A stretch of DNA of 64,000 nt. Origin: Aureliella sp. GTDB taxonomy: Bacteria > Planctomycetota > Planctomycetia > Pirellulales > Pirellulaceae. The stretch is taken from assembly GCA_963691875.1 (NCBI GenBank), contig OY829846.1:3360001-3424000 (forward strand), given 5' to 3'. A program made the translations under genes and the position numbers. How positions within the stretch are numbered: position 1 is the stretch's first letter; each line of letters starts with the position of its first letter. The notes beneath the pieces are model-generated. The model did not search any database, was not told where the DNA came from, and worked only from the letters and a program-made list of their open reading frames with translations. Positions 40,164-50,652 of this stretch are shown here, piece by piece.

Positions 40164-41174
40164 ATGTCTAAGCCATCTGTCATTCTAAGTGGTTTTGCCG
40201 ACGAAGCAGCGAACGAGAAAACTGCGATCCAACAATACGCTGCTCTGGCAGCAGCTGGCTTGCAGTACTATTCGATTCGTTTTGTTGATGTCGGCAATGG
40301 CATCAAGAACGCGATGGCTCTGACCAAGGCCGAGCTAAAGAAGGTTGTTAAGATGCAAGCCGAGTATGGCTTGCAGGTTGCCACTGTCGGTTCACCGATC
40401 GGTAAAGTAAAACTACTCGACGTGGACGACGGCACTTCCAACAAATTCGTCCCATTCAAGCAATATTTGAAGAAGGACGTGCAGCACGCGTGCGATGTTG
40501 CCAACACGCTGGGCACCAAAATGCTTCGGGGGTTTTCGTTTTACCATCCCGTTGGTACCAACCCTGAAGAACATTTGAACCAGGTTTGTGATCAACTGGG
40601 CGAGATCGCTGACCTGTGCAAGAAAGAAGGTTTGATTTTTGGCCTGGAAGTCGAAGCCAACTTGGTTGGGCAAACAGGACAATTGCTGGCCAAGATCCAC
40701 AAGAAGGTCAAGCATCCTTCTTTGGTGCTTATCTTTGATGGCGCCAATTTGGTGTGCCAAGGCATGACGCCGGACGAAGTGTTTGCCGAATACTTGGCGA
40801 TGAAACCGGGATTGGGCTGGATTCACGTCAAAGACTATCGCCACTCGTCCGCCACGCAGCGACTGCAGCACATTGACGAAGCCTCATTAAAGAACTTTGT
40901 ACCAGCTGACATCGGCGACACAGGTCACGAAGCGATCTTCCGAGACCTGATCTCGGACTTGCCCAAGATTGAGAAACGGATGAAGAAATTCGGTGCCCCC
41001 GGCGTCATCTTTGACTTGGAACCTCACGTGAAAGGCGGCGGTCAGTTCGGTGGCTTCTCTGGCCCAGACGGATTTGGCGTCGCACTTCGCGGACTTTGCA
41101 AAACACTGGATTACGTCGGCATCGACTATCACTTGACCGACTTCGACGACATCCTTACCCGCCGCGATGCCTAG
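40164..41174 (+). CDS. Sugar phosphate isomerase/epimerase (TIM barrel)
   Basis: LSGFADE, GSPIGK, RGFSFY, GLEVE, FDGAN, IHVKD, LEPH. Confidence 0.85.
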   Translation: MSKPSVILSGFADEAANEKTAIQQYAALAAAGLQYYSIRFVDVGNGIKNAMALTKAELKKVVKMQAEYGLQVATVGSPIGKVKLLDVDDGTSNKFVPFKQYLKKDVQHACDVANTLGTKMLRGFSFYHPVGTNPEEHLNQVCDQLGEIADLCKKEGLIFGLEVEANLVGQTGQLLAKIHKKVKHPSLVLIFDGANLVCQGMTPDEVFAEYLAMKPGLGWIHVKDYRHSSATQRLQHIDEASLKNFVPADIGDTGHEAIFRDLISDLPKIEKRMKKFGAPGVIFDLEPHVKGGGQFGGFSGPDGFGVALRGLCKTLDYVGIDYHLTDFDDILTRRDA

Positions 41175-41272
41175 CCCCTCCTATGCGAGCGTCTACGCGT
41201 AGCGGAGGGTAATTCTTCATAGCCGAAAGGCGTAAGCCCCGGTTCTACAAACTGCTCCGACAGCCGATAGCA

Positions 41273-41968
41273 ATGACCGGGCCTGTGACTCAAGACCCTG
41301 AATGGCAGAATCTTCGAGCCGAGATCGAACGGGTCGTTCAGCTAGTCGATTCGCCATTAAGTCTAGCAAACCAAGATTTGAATTGGCTGCGAGTGGCCAA
41401 TCCGGATGTCCTTCTCGAGGCCGCCGTGGAGGGACAAGACGAGAGGTCCGAAGCGGAAATTGATCCCTTCTGGGCAGCCACTTGGCGAGCTGCGATTGGA
41501 CTCGACGCTTTTCTGGCTCGTTTGGATTTGACGGGCAAAAGAGTCCTTGAGTTAGGCTGTGGCTCTGGACAAGCTGGCACCGGCGCGGCCATACGAGGTG
41601 CTCACGTGACTGCGACAGACTCCGTCAAGCTGGCACTGCAAGTCGCAGAACTCAACGCCTGGTTTGTACGTGAACGTATTGAGTTCAAGCCACTCGTTTG
41701 GTCCAAACAACAATTGCCAGAACCTCCCTTTCCAATCATCCTGGGTTCTGACTTGGTTTACGATCCGAATCTATTTCCACTACTCAACATTTGCGCCCGA
41801 GAGCACTTGCACCCCGGCGGAAGAATGTATCTGAGCGAACCGCATCGCCATACCGGCGATAAGTTCTCAAGCTGGATTCGTGAGGCAGGCTGGGAAACGA
41901 TCGAACACGACATCGATCTGAAAGATGATCGAGTGCCAGTGCGAATCTTCGAGTGCTGGCTAACTTAG
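41273..41968 (+). CDS. Class I SAM-dependent methyltransferase (Methyltransf_16-like)
   Basis: DPFWAATW, VLELGCGSG, ILGSDLVY. Confidence 0.85.
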   Translation: MTGPVTQDPEWQNLRAEIERVVQLVDSPLSLANQDLNWLRVANPDVLLEAAVEGQDERSEAEIDPFWAATWRAAIGLDAFLARLDLTGKRVLELGCGSGQAGTGAAIRGAHVTATDSVKLALQVAELNAWFVRERIEFKPLVWSKQQLPEPPFPIILGSDLVYDPNLFPLLNICAREHLHPGGRMYLSEPHRHTGDKFSSWIREAGWETIEHDIDLKDDRVPVRIFECWLT

Positions 41969-42060
41969 TGGGATTCGCCACCAGTCCAAGAGCTCATCGC
42001 TCTCTTGCGAATTGATTTCGTAGACATTCTAAGAAAGGAATTCTGGCGAATTCCAATACG
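41966..42060. repeat. REPIN-like pair of inverted GTAG-family REP palindromes
   Basis: TAGTGGGATTCGCCA (41966-41980) and GGAATTCTGGCGAATTCCAATACG (42037-42060); same family as 8114-8134. Confidence 0.65.
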
Positions 42061-42330
42061 TCGAACTACGCGTCGTCACATTCAGGAGCGTTTTCTTCGG
42101 TAACCAACGACGCATACATCACATCGTAAATACACAATCGGTTAACCAGTTTTCTCCGAGCAAGTTGGGCTACCTTCGGGGATCGAGAAGCCAACAAGCG
42201 GCCGCAGAATCTTAACAGGCAATTGCCTCATGGTCGACGGGTTGAATTTACTTTGGTCACAATTCACAGATGATTTTTTTGCTTACACTAGAGTTTCAGA
42301 AAGACGTTTTTTCATGCCTGGAGGCTCACG

Positions 42331-43839
42331 ATGCTATCCACCCGACCAACTGCAAAGCTTGCGATCACCTGGTTTATTCTGGCGTATTGTTCAGCTCCAA
42401 TCATTTCTGCCGAACGCCCCAACATCATTCTGTTCATCGCAGATGATGTAAGCTGGAATGACTACGGTTGTTATGGAAACGAGCATGCCAGAACGCCGAA
42501 CATCGACAAGCTTGCTACCGGCGGAGTTCGATTCGACCAAGCGTTTCTGACCGCTAGCAGTTGCAGCCCTTCTCGCGCGAGTATTGTTACTGGCCGTTAC
42601 CCGCACAACAACGGTAAAGCAGCTGAGCTACATCTTCCAATCGCCGCCAATTTGCCATGGTTCCCAGAGTTGCTGCGTGAGTCCGGGTACTTCACGGCGC
42701 TCAGCGGCAAGAACCACATGAAAGTGGATGACAAGCTCGGCGCAGGAGACCAACCTCGAGCGAAGGCATTCGACTTGATCGACGGCGGTAGGACTAAAGG
42801 TAACAGTGGAGGCCACGCTAACTGGCTGAAGATCACCAAGGAGCGTCCGAAGGACAAACCGTTCTTCTTCTGGTTTGCCGCCTACGATGCTCATCGAGGC
42901 TGGGACGCAGATCGACAATGGCGAGAGAAACAGTATGGCGCGAAGCACTCAGGCAATAAGGTTCGCGTGCCACCATTCTTGGTACCCAACACCGATACTA
43001 AGGATGACTTGGCGTCCTATTACAACGAAGTCAGTCGTTTCGATCATTACATCGGAAAAGTTGTGGAGGAACTTGTACGTCAAGGAGCACTCGACAACAC
43101 GCTAATTTTTGTCTTGGCCGACAATGGACGACCTTTTCCTCGAGCCAAAACACGCTTACACGATTCCGGCATGAAGACGGCTTTGGTCGCACATTGGCCG
43201 AATGGCATTAAGGATCCCGGTGCAAGCAACAGCTTGGTTAGCATCATCGATCTCGCCCCGACGATCCTGGCCGCAGCTGAAGTTTCGCGGCCCTCCACGT
43301 TTCAAGGCGTTGGGCTTCAACCTGTTTTTCAAGATCGCTCGGCATTGGTCCGCAGGTTTGCTTTCTCCGAACACAATTGGCATGACTATGAGGCTCATGG
43401 TCGCAGTGTCCGCGATGGCTCGTTCCTTTACATCAAGAACAATCGTCCCTATCAACCATTACAAGGTCCAGCCGACTCCGTGCGTTCTCCATCGCACCTT
43501 TCGCTCCTGGCACAGAAAGACGCCGACTCGCTGACTGCGGCTCAAGCTGATGTCTTTGCAGCACCTCGAACCGCGGAGGAACTCTACTTGATCGATAGAG
43601 ATCCGCATCAGCTGAACAACCTGGCGAAGGATTCGAAGTACGCTTCAGAACTCGCACGACTGAGAAAGATCCTCGATCAGTGGTCGGAAGAAACTGCCGA
43701 CAGCGTACCAGCAAAGCTATCAAGCGATTCGTTTGATCGTGTAACCGGCAAGAGCATCGACAAGAGCCAGGGTTTTCGCGGCGTTACTCCTGGAGAAGAT
43801 CGCCAAGCTTGGAAAGTCAACGCTTCGGGCCCTCGATAG
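42331..43839 (+). CDS. Sulfatase (sulfamidase/N-sulfoglucosamine sulfohydrolase-like)
   Basis: RPNIILFIADD, SCSPSRASIVTGRYPH, DAHR, ADNGRPFPRAK, EHNWH, EELY. Confidence 0.9.
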   Translation: MLSTRPTAKLAITWFILAYCSAPIISAERPNIILFIADDVSWNDYGCYGNEHARTPNIDKLATGGVRFDQAFLTASSCSPSRASIVTGRYPHNNGKAAELHLPIAANLPWFPELLRESGYFTALSGKNHMKVDDKLGAGDQPRAKAFDLIDGGRTKGNSGGHANWLKITKERPKDKPFFFWFAAYDAHRGWDADRQWREKQYGAKHSGNKVRVPPFLVPNTDTKDDLASYYNEVSRFDHYIGKVVEELVRQGALDNTLIFVLADNGRPFPRAKTRLHDSGMKTALVAHWPNGIKDPGASNSLVSIIDLAPTILAAAEVSRPSTFQGVGLQPVFQDRSALVRRFAFSEHNWHDYEAHGRSVRDGSFLYIKNNRPYQPLQGPADSVRSPSHLSLLAQKDADSLTAAQADVFAAPRTAEELYLIDRDPHQLNNLAKDSKYASELARLRKILDQWSEETADSVPAKLSSDSFDRVTGKSIDKSQGFRGVTPGEDRQAWKVNASGPR

Positions 43840-43858
43840 AGTAGTGGCCCCACAAACC

Positions 43859-44663
43859 GTAACATGGGCCCCTGGCACGTCCTTACGCACTTGCCCCGCC
43901 ACGTCTTCCACATCTATTGGCGGCCCATCATGACTTTTCAATCTTGAACCACCGCCTGGTTTTGAAGGGCTTGATCCTGAAAAGCCAGTCGAAATCTACA
44001 CTCGGAACCTGCACACTAGTGGCAAGCAGGTGCAACATTTTTAGCGACCTTCTGTCTTGGAGACGCTCTTCTAGACGCAAAGCAAGCTCAACTCAAGTCA
44101 ACGCGACGAGACCGGGAACATCAAAACCCGCTGCCACGTAATGAAGCTCAATGGGCTGAAGTAGCGAAAGAAGTGTTTCGAACTGCCGGGAAATGGATGG
44201 ATGCGGGCCACGACAAATGCTGGTTTCGCAAGCAAGAATATGTTTCAGCAGCGCGGCGCAGTATCTTGCGCTACATCATGAAAAGCGATGTAAAGTTGGC
44301 TGCTTCGTGGTCATGGCAAACCATTGCCATTTGATCATTAGGCCGCTTCAAAAGTTCAAGCCCGAGGATGAATTTGGCAGTATTAAAAGTGTTATCTCAA
44401 GATTTATCAATAAGCACGAATCCACCTCCGGCAGCCTTTGGCAGCAAGGATCATAGGATCGTATCATCAGAGCTGAAGAGCATCTCTATCAGGTTGTCCA
44501 ATACATTGGAGCCAACCCTGCGAAGGCGGGAATTCCTGAGTCCAACTGCTACCGCTTGGTCAATACTGAATGCGAGGATTTGGGCTGGCGTTTTGAAACG
44601 CAGATCGGCGATTCGAAGGCTGGAGAGAGACGTAGTAGTGGACGGGCCAGGGGTCCATGCCAC
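43859..44663 (+). mobile_element. Decayed REP-associated tyrosine transposase (RAYT/Y1) flanked by inverted REP-like repeats
   Basis: Frameshifted translation FNLEPPPGFEGLDPEKPVEIYTRNL../WQAGATFLATF../VVMANHCHLII (HUH)..LWQQGS*DRIIRAEEHL..YIGANPAKAG. Flanks 43859-43882 and 44640-44663 are inverted, 20/24 identical. Confidence 0.8.
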
Positions 44664-44684
44664 AGTCGTACTCACCATAAACCC

Positions 44685-46625
44685 TTACTTACCCTTCAGC
44701 GCCTCGATGATGGCCTCTACGTCATAGACGCAGCCGCCCCAGGTACCGCCGCCGTGTTGCTGGAGGGCGGCCCACAGCCGCGTGTCATCGGGCAGACGCG
44801 AGTCAGGAGCAAGTTCGGGATGCGATTCTCGCTTGGCTAATAATTCATCCGCTTGTTCGCCGACCAAGTTCACACTGCCAGTCAGGTTCACACGATCGAT
44901 TGACACTTCGACCTCGTCACCATCTCGCAACTTGCCGAGTGGACCGCCAGCGAGTGCTTCGGGACCGACATGTCCAATACAAGCCCCCGTGCTGACTCCC
45001 GAGAACCGGGCATCGGTCAGAATTGTCACTTGCTTGCCCCAGGAAATGTACTTGAGCGCCGAAGTGAGCTGATAGGTTTCCTCCATTCCAGTGCCTAGCG
45101 GACCGCAACCGGCAAGCACGAGCATATCACCAGCTTCCAACTGTTTGCTACCTTGCCCTTTAATCGCAGCAATCGCTGCCTTCTCAGACGTAAAGAATTT
45201 CACGGGACCGCGATGGCGAAAGACTCCATCTTGGTCGATTACGGATGGGTCAATCGAAGTAGCCTTGATGACGGAGCCTTCAGGACACAGATTACCTAGC
45301 GGAAAGACGACGGTGCTGGTCAGACCTGCGGCCTTAGCTTTCGCTGGCGGCATGATAACTTGGTCGGGATCGACGCCATGGCGTTCTTGTAATAACTTTC
45401 GTAAAAACGCACGACGTTCACTCGTCTCCCACTCGTCGAGAATTTCATGCCAAGTGCGATTTAGGATCGTACGTGCATCACCGTGAATGACTCCCATTTT
45501 GCGAAGGTGCAACATGACTTCGGGGACACCACCAGCCAGGTACATCTGAACCGTAGGATGATTCAATGGACCGTTCGGCAGCACATCGACGAAACGGCTT
45601 ACTCTGCGATTCGCTTCATTCCAATCTTCGACAGTTGGACGATCCAGACCGGCAGCATGAGCAATAGCCGGAATGTGAAGGAGTAGATTGGTCGACCCGC
45701 CGACAGCTGCGTGCACCGCGATGGCGTTCTCGATGGAGTGCTGAGTGAGAATATCACGCAAGGCAACTTTCTGCTTTGCCAGTTCCATCAACGCAGTTGC
45801 CGAGTAGCGTGCCATGTCGAGCCACAGAGGCTGTCCGCTGGGCGCTAGGGCAGCGTGTGGTACGGTTAGGCCCATCGCCTCGGCAACAACTTGACTCGTC
45901 GCGGCAGTGCCCAAGAACTGACAACCGCCTCCGGGACTTCCGCATGCACGACAACCTGCTGCGGCGGCATCCTCAAGCGAGAGCTCGCCGTTCGAATATC
46001 GGGCGCCGATGGTTTGTACTTTGGCCGTGTCTTCACCGGAAATCGGCGGTAGCGTGACTCCGCCAGGAACAATAATACCGGGTAGATTCTTACTGCCGGC
46101 CAGTGCAATCATCGTGGCTGGCAAGCCTTTGTCACAAGTCGCAACCCCAAGAACACCTTGGCCGGTTGGCAAAGAACGAATGAGTCGACGCATGACGATG
46201 GCTGCGTCGTTGCGATAAGGCAACGAATCAAACATGCCGGTCGTACCTTGCGAACGACCATCGCAAGGGTCGCTGCAGTATGCCGCATAGGGGATTCCCC
46301 CGGCTCGAGTGATTGTTTCCGCTGCAGCACGGACTTGCAGCCCAACCTCCCAGTGCCCCGTGTGATATCCCAAGGCGATGGGACCACCATCGTCACCGCG
46401 AAGCCCACCCAGCGTGCTCAGGACTAAGAACTGAGGTCCCGACATATGCTGCGGATCCCAGCCCATCCCGGCGTTCTGAGTCAGGCCAAACAGATCACCG
46501 CTCGGCCAATCCCTTAGCATAGAATCGGTAAGTTCGAGCTGACCTGAAGGTCCAGGACCTTCGGTCTGAAGTTGCTCTCCTTCAGCTTTCGAAAACTGGA
46601 ACCATTGCCGAAGGCTTTCTGTCAC
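44685..46625 (-). CDS. YjhG/YagF-family D-xylonate dehydratase (IlvD/Edd family); probable GTG start at 46625
   Basis: [77 protein letters not shown]. Confidence 0.9.
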   Translation of the reverse strand: MTESLRQWFQFSKAEGEQLQTEGPGPSGQLELTDSMLRDWPSGDLFGLTQNAGMGWDPQHMSGPQFLVLSTLGGLRGDDGGPIALGYHTGHWEVGLQVRAAAETITRAGGIPYAAYCSDPCDGRSQGTTGMFDSLPYRNDAAIVMRRLIRSLPTGQGVLGVATCDKGLPATMIALAGSKNLPGIIVPGGVTLPPISGEDTAKVQTIGARYSNGELSLEDAAAAGCRACGSPGGGCQFLGTAATSQVVAEAMGLTVPHAALAPSGQPLWLDMARYSATALMELAKQKVALRDILTQHSIENAIAVHAAVGGSTNLLLHIPAIAHAAGLDRPTVEDWNEANRRVSRFVDVLPNGPLNHPTVQMYLAGGVPEVMLHLRKMGVIHGDARTILNRTWHEILDEWETSERRAFLRKLLQERHGVDPDQVIMPPAKAKAAGLTSTVVFPLGNLCPEGSVIKATSIDPSVIDQDGVFRHRGPVKFFTSEKAAIAAIKGQGSKQLEAGDMLVLAGCGPLGTGMEETYQLTSALKYISWGKQVTILTDARFSGVSTGACIGHVGPEALAGGPLGKLRDGDEVEVSIDRVNLTGSVNLVGEQADELLAKRESHPELAPDSRLPDDTRLWAALQQHGGGTWGGCVYDVEAIIEALKGK

Positions 46626-46742
46626 GGGATCTCCATTTGCTGATCGTCGCCGATCGCTCAACAATCATAGCTATGTTTACTACTCGGGCGAACGGGATGA
46701 CTGCTCCGCATCGGTGAATTTCGTTATCACCGCTACGAGCAA

Positions 46743-48344
46743 CTAGTCGTCGATGCCTTTGTACTCCGCGCCTTCTTCGAGTGCGATAAGAAACCCTCGG
46801 CCAGCAACGTAAATACGATTGTTAGCTACCACAGGGCTAGTCAGTACCGATGTTTCCATATTGATCACGTCGATCTGATTCTTTTCCTTGGACAGCTCGA
46901 AGATCAATACGTCTCCATCGACATTTGCGATGTAAACACGATCCTTGACGATCGTTGGCGAACCCCAGCAGCCAGAGAACATATCCTCGGTCCAGAGTTG
47001 CTTGCCAGTCTCCGCATCAACACAATGAAAAATACCGCTGAAGTCTGCGACGAACAGCAAGCCATCTTTGATCGCTACCGAGCCAATAGTTCGGTGCATT
47101 ATCTTTTCGAAGTCCTTCGACCCATCGCCCATGTAGTGCCAGACTTCCGCCGAGTTGGTGTTTTTGACTTCTTTGTCGCCTACTTCTGCGTTGTAGGCCT
47201 GAAAACGAATCGAGGCTTCGCTCCGCCCAGCAGCGTGCGTGACCAGAGTCGGGCTCACATCACCGGACTTGGTAGCATCAATACACCACAGGTGGCCTTG
47301 AGTATCGCCGTATTCAGGATCCTCTCCCACAGCGGCAAATACTTTGTTGTCATAAATGACAGGAGTACCAATGAAATAGGCACGGGTGCCAGTCCCGCCC
47401 TCTTCGTAGAAGGATTCCTTCGGGTTGCAATCAAATTTCCACAACAACTTCGACTTGCCGCCTTCTCCGTCGGCATCAAAGCTATAAATCCAGCCATCGC
47501 CGGCTGCAAAGATCACTTGTTTGCGTCTCTCGATCTCAGCATAAGCTGGCGAAGACCATTGGCCGTGCAGGATACCTTCTCCAACTGAATTGTCTGTCCA
47601 AAGCACTTCGCCCGTGTCACGATTCAGGCAGATCAGGCTTGGAGCCTCAGGTGCCATGACTTCGCCTTCTAGGCTCGCACCATTGGAAGTCGTAACGAAA
47701 AGTCTGTCGCCAGCTCCGGTGATCGAGCAGGTCGCCATATACAACTGCTTGACGCCGAGCTTATTCCGCATGTCCAAAGACCAAAGCACGTCGGCCTCGT
47801 CTTTATTCTCGTTCGGCTCGCTCTTAACACCATCATTGGTTCCATCGTGGAATCCATCCGCGTCCAGGCATACGACTTCGCAGCGGTTGGTCACATACCA
47901 TACTCGATCACCATCGGCGAAAGGTGAGCAACAGACTCCTTGATGAGGCCAGTCTGCTTCTTCACCGGCGTCGAGCTTCTTGTTGGAGTGCTGCCAAAGA
48001 AGTGAACCGTCCTTCTCATTCATTGCGAGCAAGACACCTAGGTCCATCGTGTCAGGCAATCGCTTCACATAAGCAGCTTCGTTATTCGTCCCCACGAAGA
48101 CTCGGCCGTTAGCAATAACTGGATTGCCATAGGCTTCTGTCCCAATCTTGGAGAACCAAGCAACGTTCTCGCCGCTGGCCACATCCCAGCTTTCCGGAAT
48201 GTTCTCCTGCTCCGAAACACCATTGCGATGGCTGGAACCCATCAACTGCGCCGAGTCTTTCTCGCCCACTTGGGCATGGGACACCGATGAAACTACTGCT
48301 CCGGTCAGTAGTGCAAGCGTGAGGATTCGCTTCGAGAATTGCAT
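46743..48344 (-). CDS. Secreted PQQ-like beta-propeller repeat protein (BamB-like)
   Basis: Start MQFSKRIL (48344); NVAW, PVIANGRVFVGTNN, G.LLW and TG.VLW repeats, WSSP, WGSP. Confidence 0.85.
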   Translation of the reverse strand: MQFSKRILTLALLTGAVVSSVSHAQVGEKDSAQLMGSSHRNGVSEQENIPESWDVASGENVAWFSKIGTEAYGNPVIANGRVFVGTNNEAAYVKRLPDTMDLGVLLAMNEKDGSLLWQHSNKKLDAGEEADWPHQGVCCSPFADGDRVWYVTNRCEVVCLDADGFHDGTNDGVKSEPNENKDEADVLWSLDMRNKLGVKQLYMATCSITGAGDRLFVTTSNGASLEGEVMAPEAPSLICLNRDTGEVLWTDNSVGEGILHGQWSSPAYAEIERRKQVIFAAGDGWIYSFDADGEGGKSKLLWKFDCNPKESFYEEGGTGTRAYFIGTPVIYDNKVFAAVGEDPEYGDTQGHLWCIDATKSGDVSPTLVTHAAGRSEASIRFQAYNAEVGDKEVKNTNSAEVWHYMGDGSKDFEKIMHRTIGSVAIKDGLLFVADFSGIFHCVDAETGKQLWTEDMFSGCWGSPTIVKDRVYIANVDGDVLIFELSKEKNQIDVINMETSVLTSPVVANNRIYVAGRGFLIALEEGAEYKGIDD

Positions 48345-48559
48345 TGTGTTTTTCCTAGATGTCAGTCTGTTCAACTTTTGGGTCGGTTGATTATGGGACA
48401 ATTCTAATTGGCCGAGGCCAAGCGGACGAGGCCAGGATTCTCTCGGGGAATCGAACGGATTCGTTATCCTCAACGTCGCAGCCTCGATACAAAATTTGCC
48501 ACACAGGTTGGCTTGGCCTAGTCTGATAGAACCCGACCCAGCGGCCAAGGTTACTTCAA

Positions 48560-49207
48560 ATGCCACGAATGTTTTTGCTCATCCCGATACTAGCCGTTTT
48601 TGTAAATCCTGCATGGGCACACGAACTTGAGAATGGTGTGGTTGAGCGTGATTGCCAGATCGTCATTTTTCCAGACAGGGTCGAAATCCAGTACTCGCTG
48701 GAGATGAACGCCAAAACACGAGATCAAGTGTCTTTGGCAGCAAAGGAATCGAAAGAACAATCCAAGAACACCGTAAAACGGTCTGGCATGCCGAGTTTTC
48801 CGACGACTGATCCAGAGGAGCTTCGTAAGCAGTGGGACAAATTCCGAAAAGAGTTTGCAAAGACGCTTGCCGAGAAGATAGAAGTCCGCATCGATGGGAA
48901 GCAAGCAAAGCTGATGCCTGCCCGAAGCGAAACACTCGAAAAGCACAGTATCAGTCTAGAATTCGTGCTGGAAATTAAGCATGCGGTGACTATCAAAGGG
49001 CACTCGATTGACGTGACCGACAAGAATTTCACCGAGAATCCAGGCTATCTTCGAGTCGCCTTGAAGGGGCGGCGCAAGGTCAAGATTGCGGACTCCACTG
49101 TTCCGCCAATCGTTTCCAGCTTGGAACGCACGCCTTGGGAAAAGTTAACCGTAAAACAACAACAGAAGCGTAGGCAAGCAAAAGCACGATTTTTTCTTGC
49201 ACCTTGA
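48560..49207 (+). CDS. Secreted hypothetical protein (mature N-terminal His; DUF1007-like)
   Basis: Signal peptide ending AWA-HEL; 215-aa ORF divergent from the PQQ-like gene. Confidence 0.65.
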   Translation: MPRMFLLIPILAVFVNPAWAHELENGVVERDCQIVIFPDRVEIQYSLEMNAKTRDQVSLAAKESKEQSKNTVKRSGMPSFPTTDPEELRKQWDKFRKEFAKTLAEKIEVRIDGKQAKLMPARSETLEKHSISLEFVLEIKHAVTIKGHSIDVTDKNFTENPGYLRVALKGRRKVKIADSTVPPIVSSLERTPWEKLTVKQQQKRRQAKARFFLAP

Positions 49208-49264
49208 ATATACGGAATCACGCTTCGGGTTGAGATTTCGTCGCGGACTTGTAAATCAGGAACG

Positions 49265-50455
49265 CTACCGCAGTTTCACTTTCGCGTTCGGTGCTAGAGC
49301 ATGTTTTGGTAACGGATTGTCTTCATCGAATACGCGCATTTGCTGAGGTGTTTCCAGAATCGTCTTGCTCTCATCGAACAATTCGGTCGTCGCGTCGAAT
49401 ACTCCCTTCGGATTGAGACGAAGGTGTTTAACCATGAAGGGATACATGGCTTGGCGTTTCATGAACTGATAACCATGTTTTTGATTTGGGAAGTGTGCAT
49501 TCTCAACTTGGCTCTCCGCCTCCAACATGGAATATACTCGGCGGATATAGGGATACTCAACGACTGGCGTATTCTTAGTCCAGTCGCCGCCGACGGAAAC
49601 GAGCAACATCGGACGTGGTGCGGCCAAGGCGGCAATCTCAGCGTTGTTCGTTTCCAGGCTCTTCGTTTTGTGGATAGGCATTCCACTTTCACAGTTGCAT
49701 CCACCGAAGAAGTGCGCGGAAACCATTACCACAGGTGCAGCTACAGCGACACGTGAATCCAAAGCGGTGAGTAGAAAAGTCTGCGTTCCGCCACCAGAAC
49801 ATCCTGTCACGGCGATTCGTTCTTTGTCGACGTCTTCCAGCGACTGGACAAAATCGATAGCACGCATGCTACTCCAGGTTTGCAGCGTAAGTGCTTGCGG
49901 ATGACTATGCTTCCAGCCGAGAAACTCCGAATCCCCAAAGCCGATCATATCGTAGGAGAAAACGACTGCCCCCATGCGAGCCAGCGTCGCGCATCGATGT
50001 TGCTGGTCAGGACGATAACGACCGCCTTCTGGACCGCGCGCATGACCGTGAGGACACAAAACTGCCGGGTAAGTCCCCTTCTCGACGGGACGATACAAAC
50101 TGCCGTAAACGAAGAATCCAGGCGCCGCCTCAAAACCTACGGACTCGACGGAGTAGCCCTTGTATTGACGTCGCTTGTGAATCTGAGCGTTGAGCGGAGT
50201 TTGTTCCGGCAGTGGCGATAACTTGGCTCCCTTTATGATCTGCGCGCGAAGTGCCTCCGCTCGTTGCTCCCATTGCGCTTTTTCGGAGAAGGTGGAGGCC
50301 ATCCGCTTTAGCTGCTCGCGAGCGTCAGATTCACTGTGATAGTTACCTTGGCAAAGGATCACATCTTGGGCGAATAGGTCATCCAGGCTGACCGCGAGGC
50401 TTACAAGTAGAAGCAGGGCTCTAAAGATGCAATAATTTGTTTTCACGAGTGACAT
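49265..50455 (-). CDS. Alpha/beta hydrolase, acetylxylan esterase-like
   Basis: PAVLCPHGH, YDMIG, RIAVTGCSGGGTQT (GxSxG), GGCNCE, APRPMLL, GGDWT, HGY; probable start 50455. Confidence 0.85.
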   Translation of the reverse strand: MSLVKTNYCIFRALLLLVSLAVSLDDLFAQDVILCQGNYHSESDAREQLKRMASTFSEKAQWEQRAEALRAQIIKGAKLSPLPEQTPLNAQIHKRRQYKGYSVESVGFEAAPGFFVYGSLYRPVEKGTYPAVLCPHGHARGPEGGRYRPDQQHRCATLARMGAVVFSYDMIGFGDSEFLGWKHSHPQALTLQTWSSMRAIDFVQSLEDVDKERIAVTGCSGGGTQTFLLTALDSRVAVAAPVVMVSAHFFGGCNCESGMPIHKTKSLETNNAEIAALAAPRPMLLVSVGGDWTKNTPVVEYPYIRRVYSMLEAESQVENAHFPNQKHGYQFMKRQAMYPFMVKHLRLNPKGVFDATTELFDESKTILETPQQMRVFDEDNPLPKHALAPNAKVKLR

Positions 50456-50652
50456 GGTAAAAAAGATCTTACAGCTGAGGAAAGGTGGGCGGGAATGCAA
50501 TGAGACTGTCATCTTATCGCATGCCGACGACTTGCTGTGGCTCCTCTCGGCGGCGTATCGCGACCTTGTTTGTCGCATGTTCGATAACCATATGTCCGAA
50601 GCGTAACGTGTTCGGTTTCTGACGAGATAGCTGGATTGCAATAAGGCGAATA

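Noticed and set aside
41219..41246. TAGCCGAAAGGCGTAAGCCCCGGTT as another REP family
   Set aside because: It looks REP-like but only one copy is visible in the window, so repetition is unsupported.
1953..44456. Stop-codon reassignment or programmed readthrough explaining in-frame stops
   Set aside because: Interrupting stops are of all three types (TAA 2127, TAG 16567/26003/44454, TGA 16768), co-occur with frameshifts, and all three codons terminate intact genes here.
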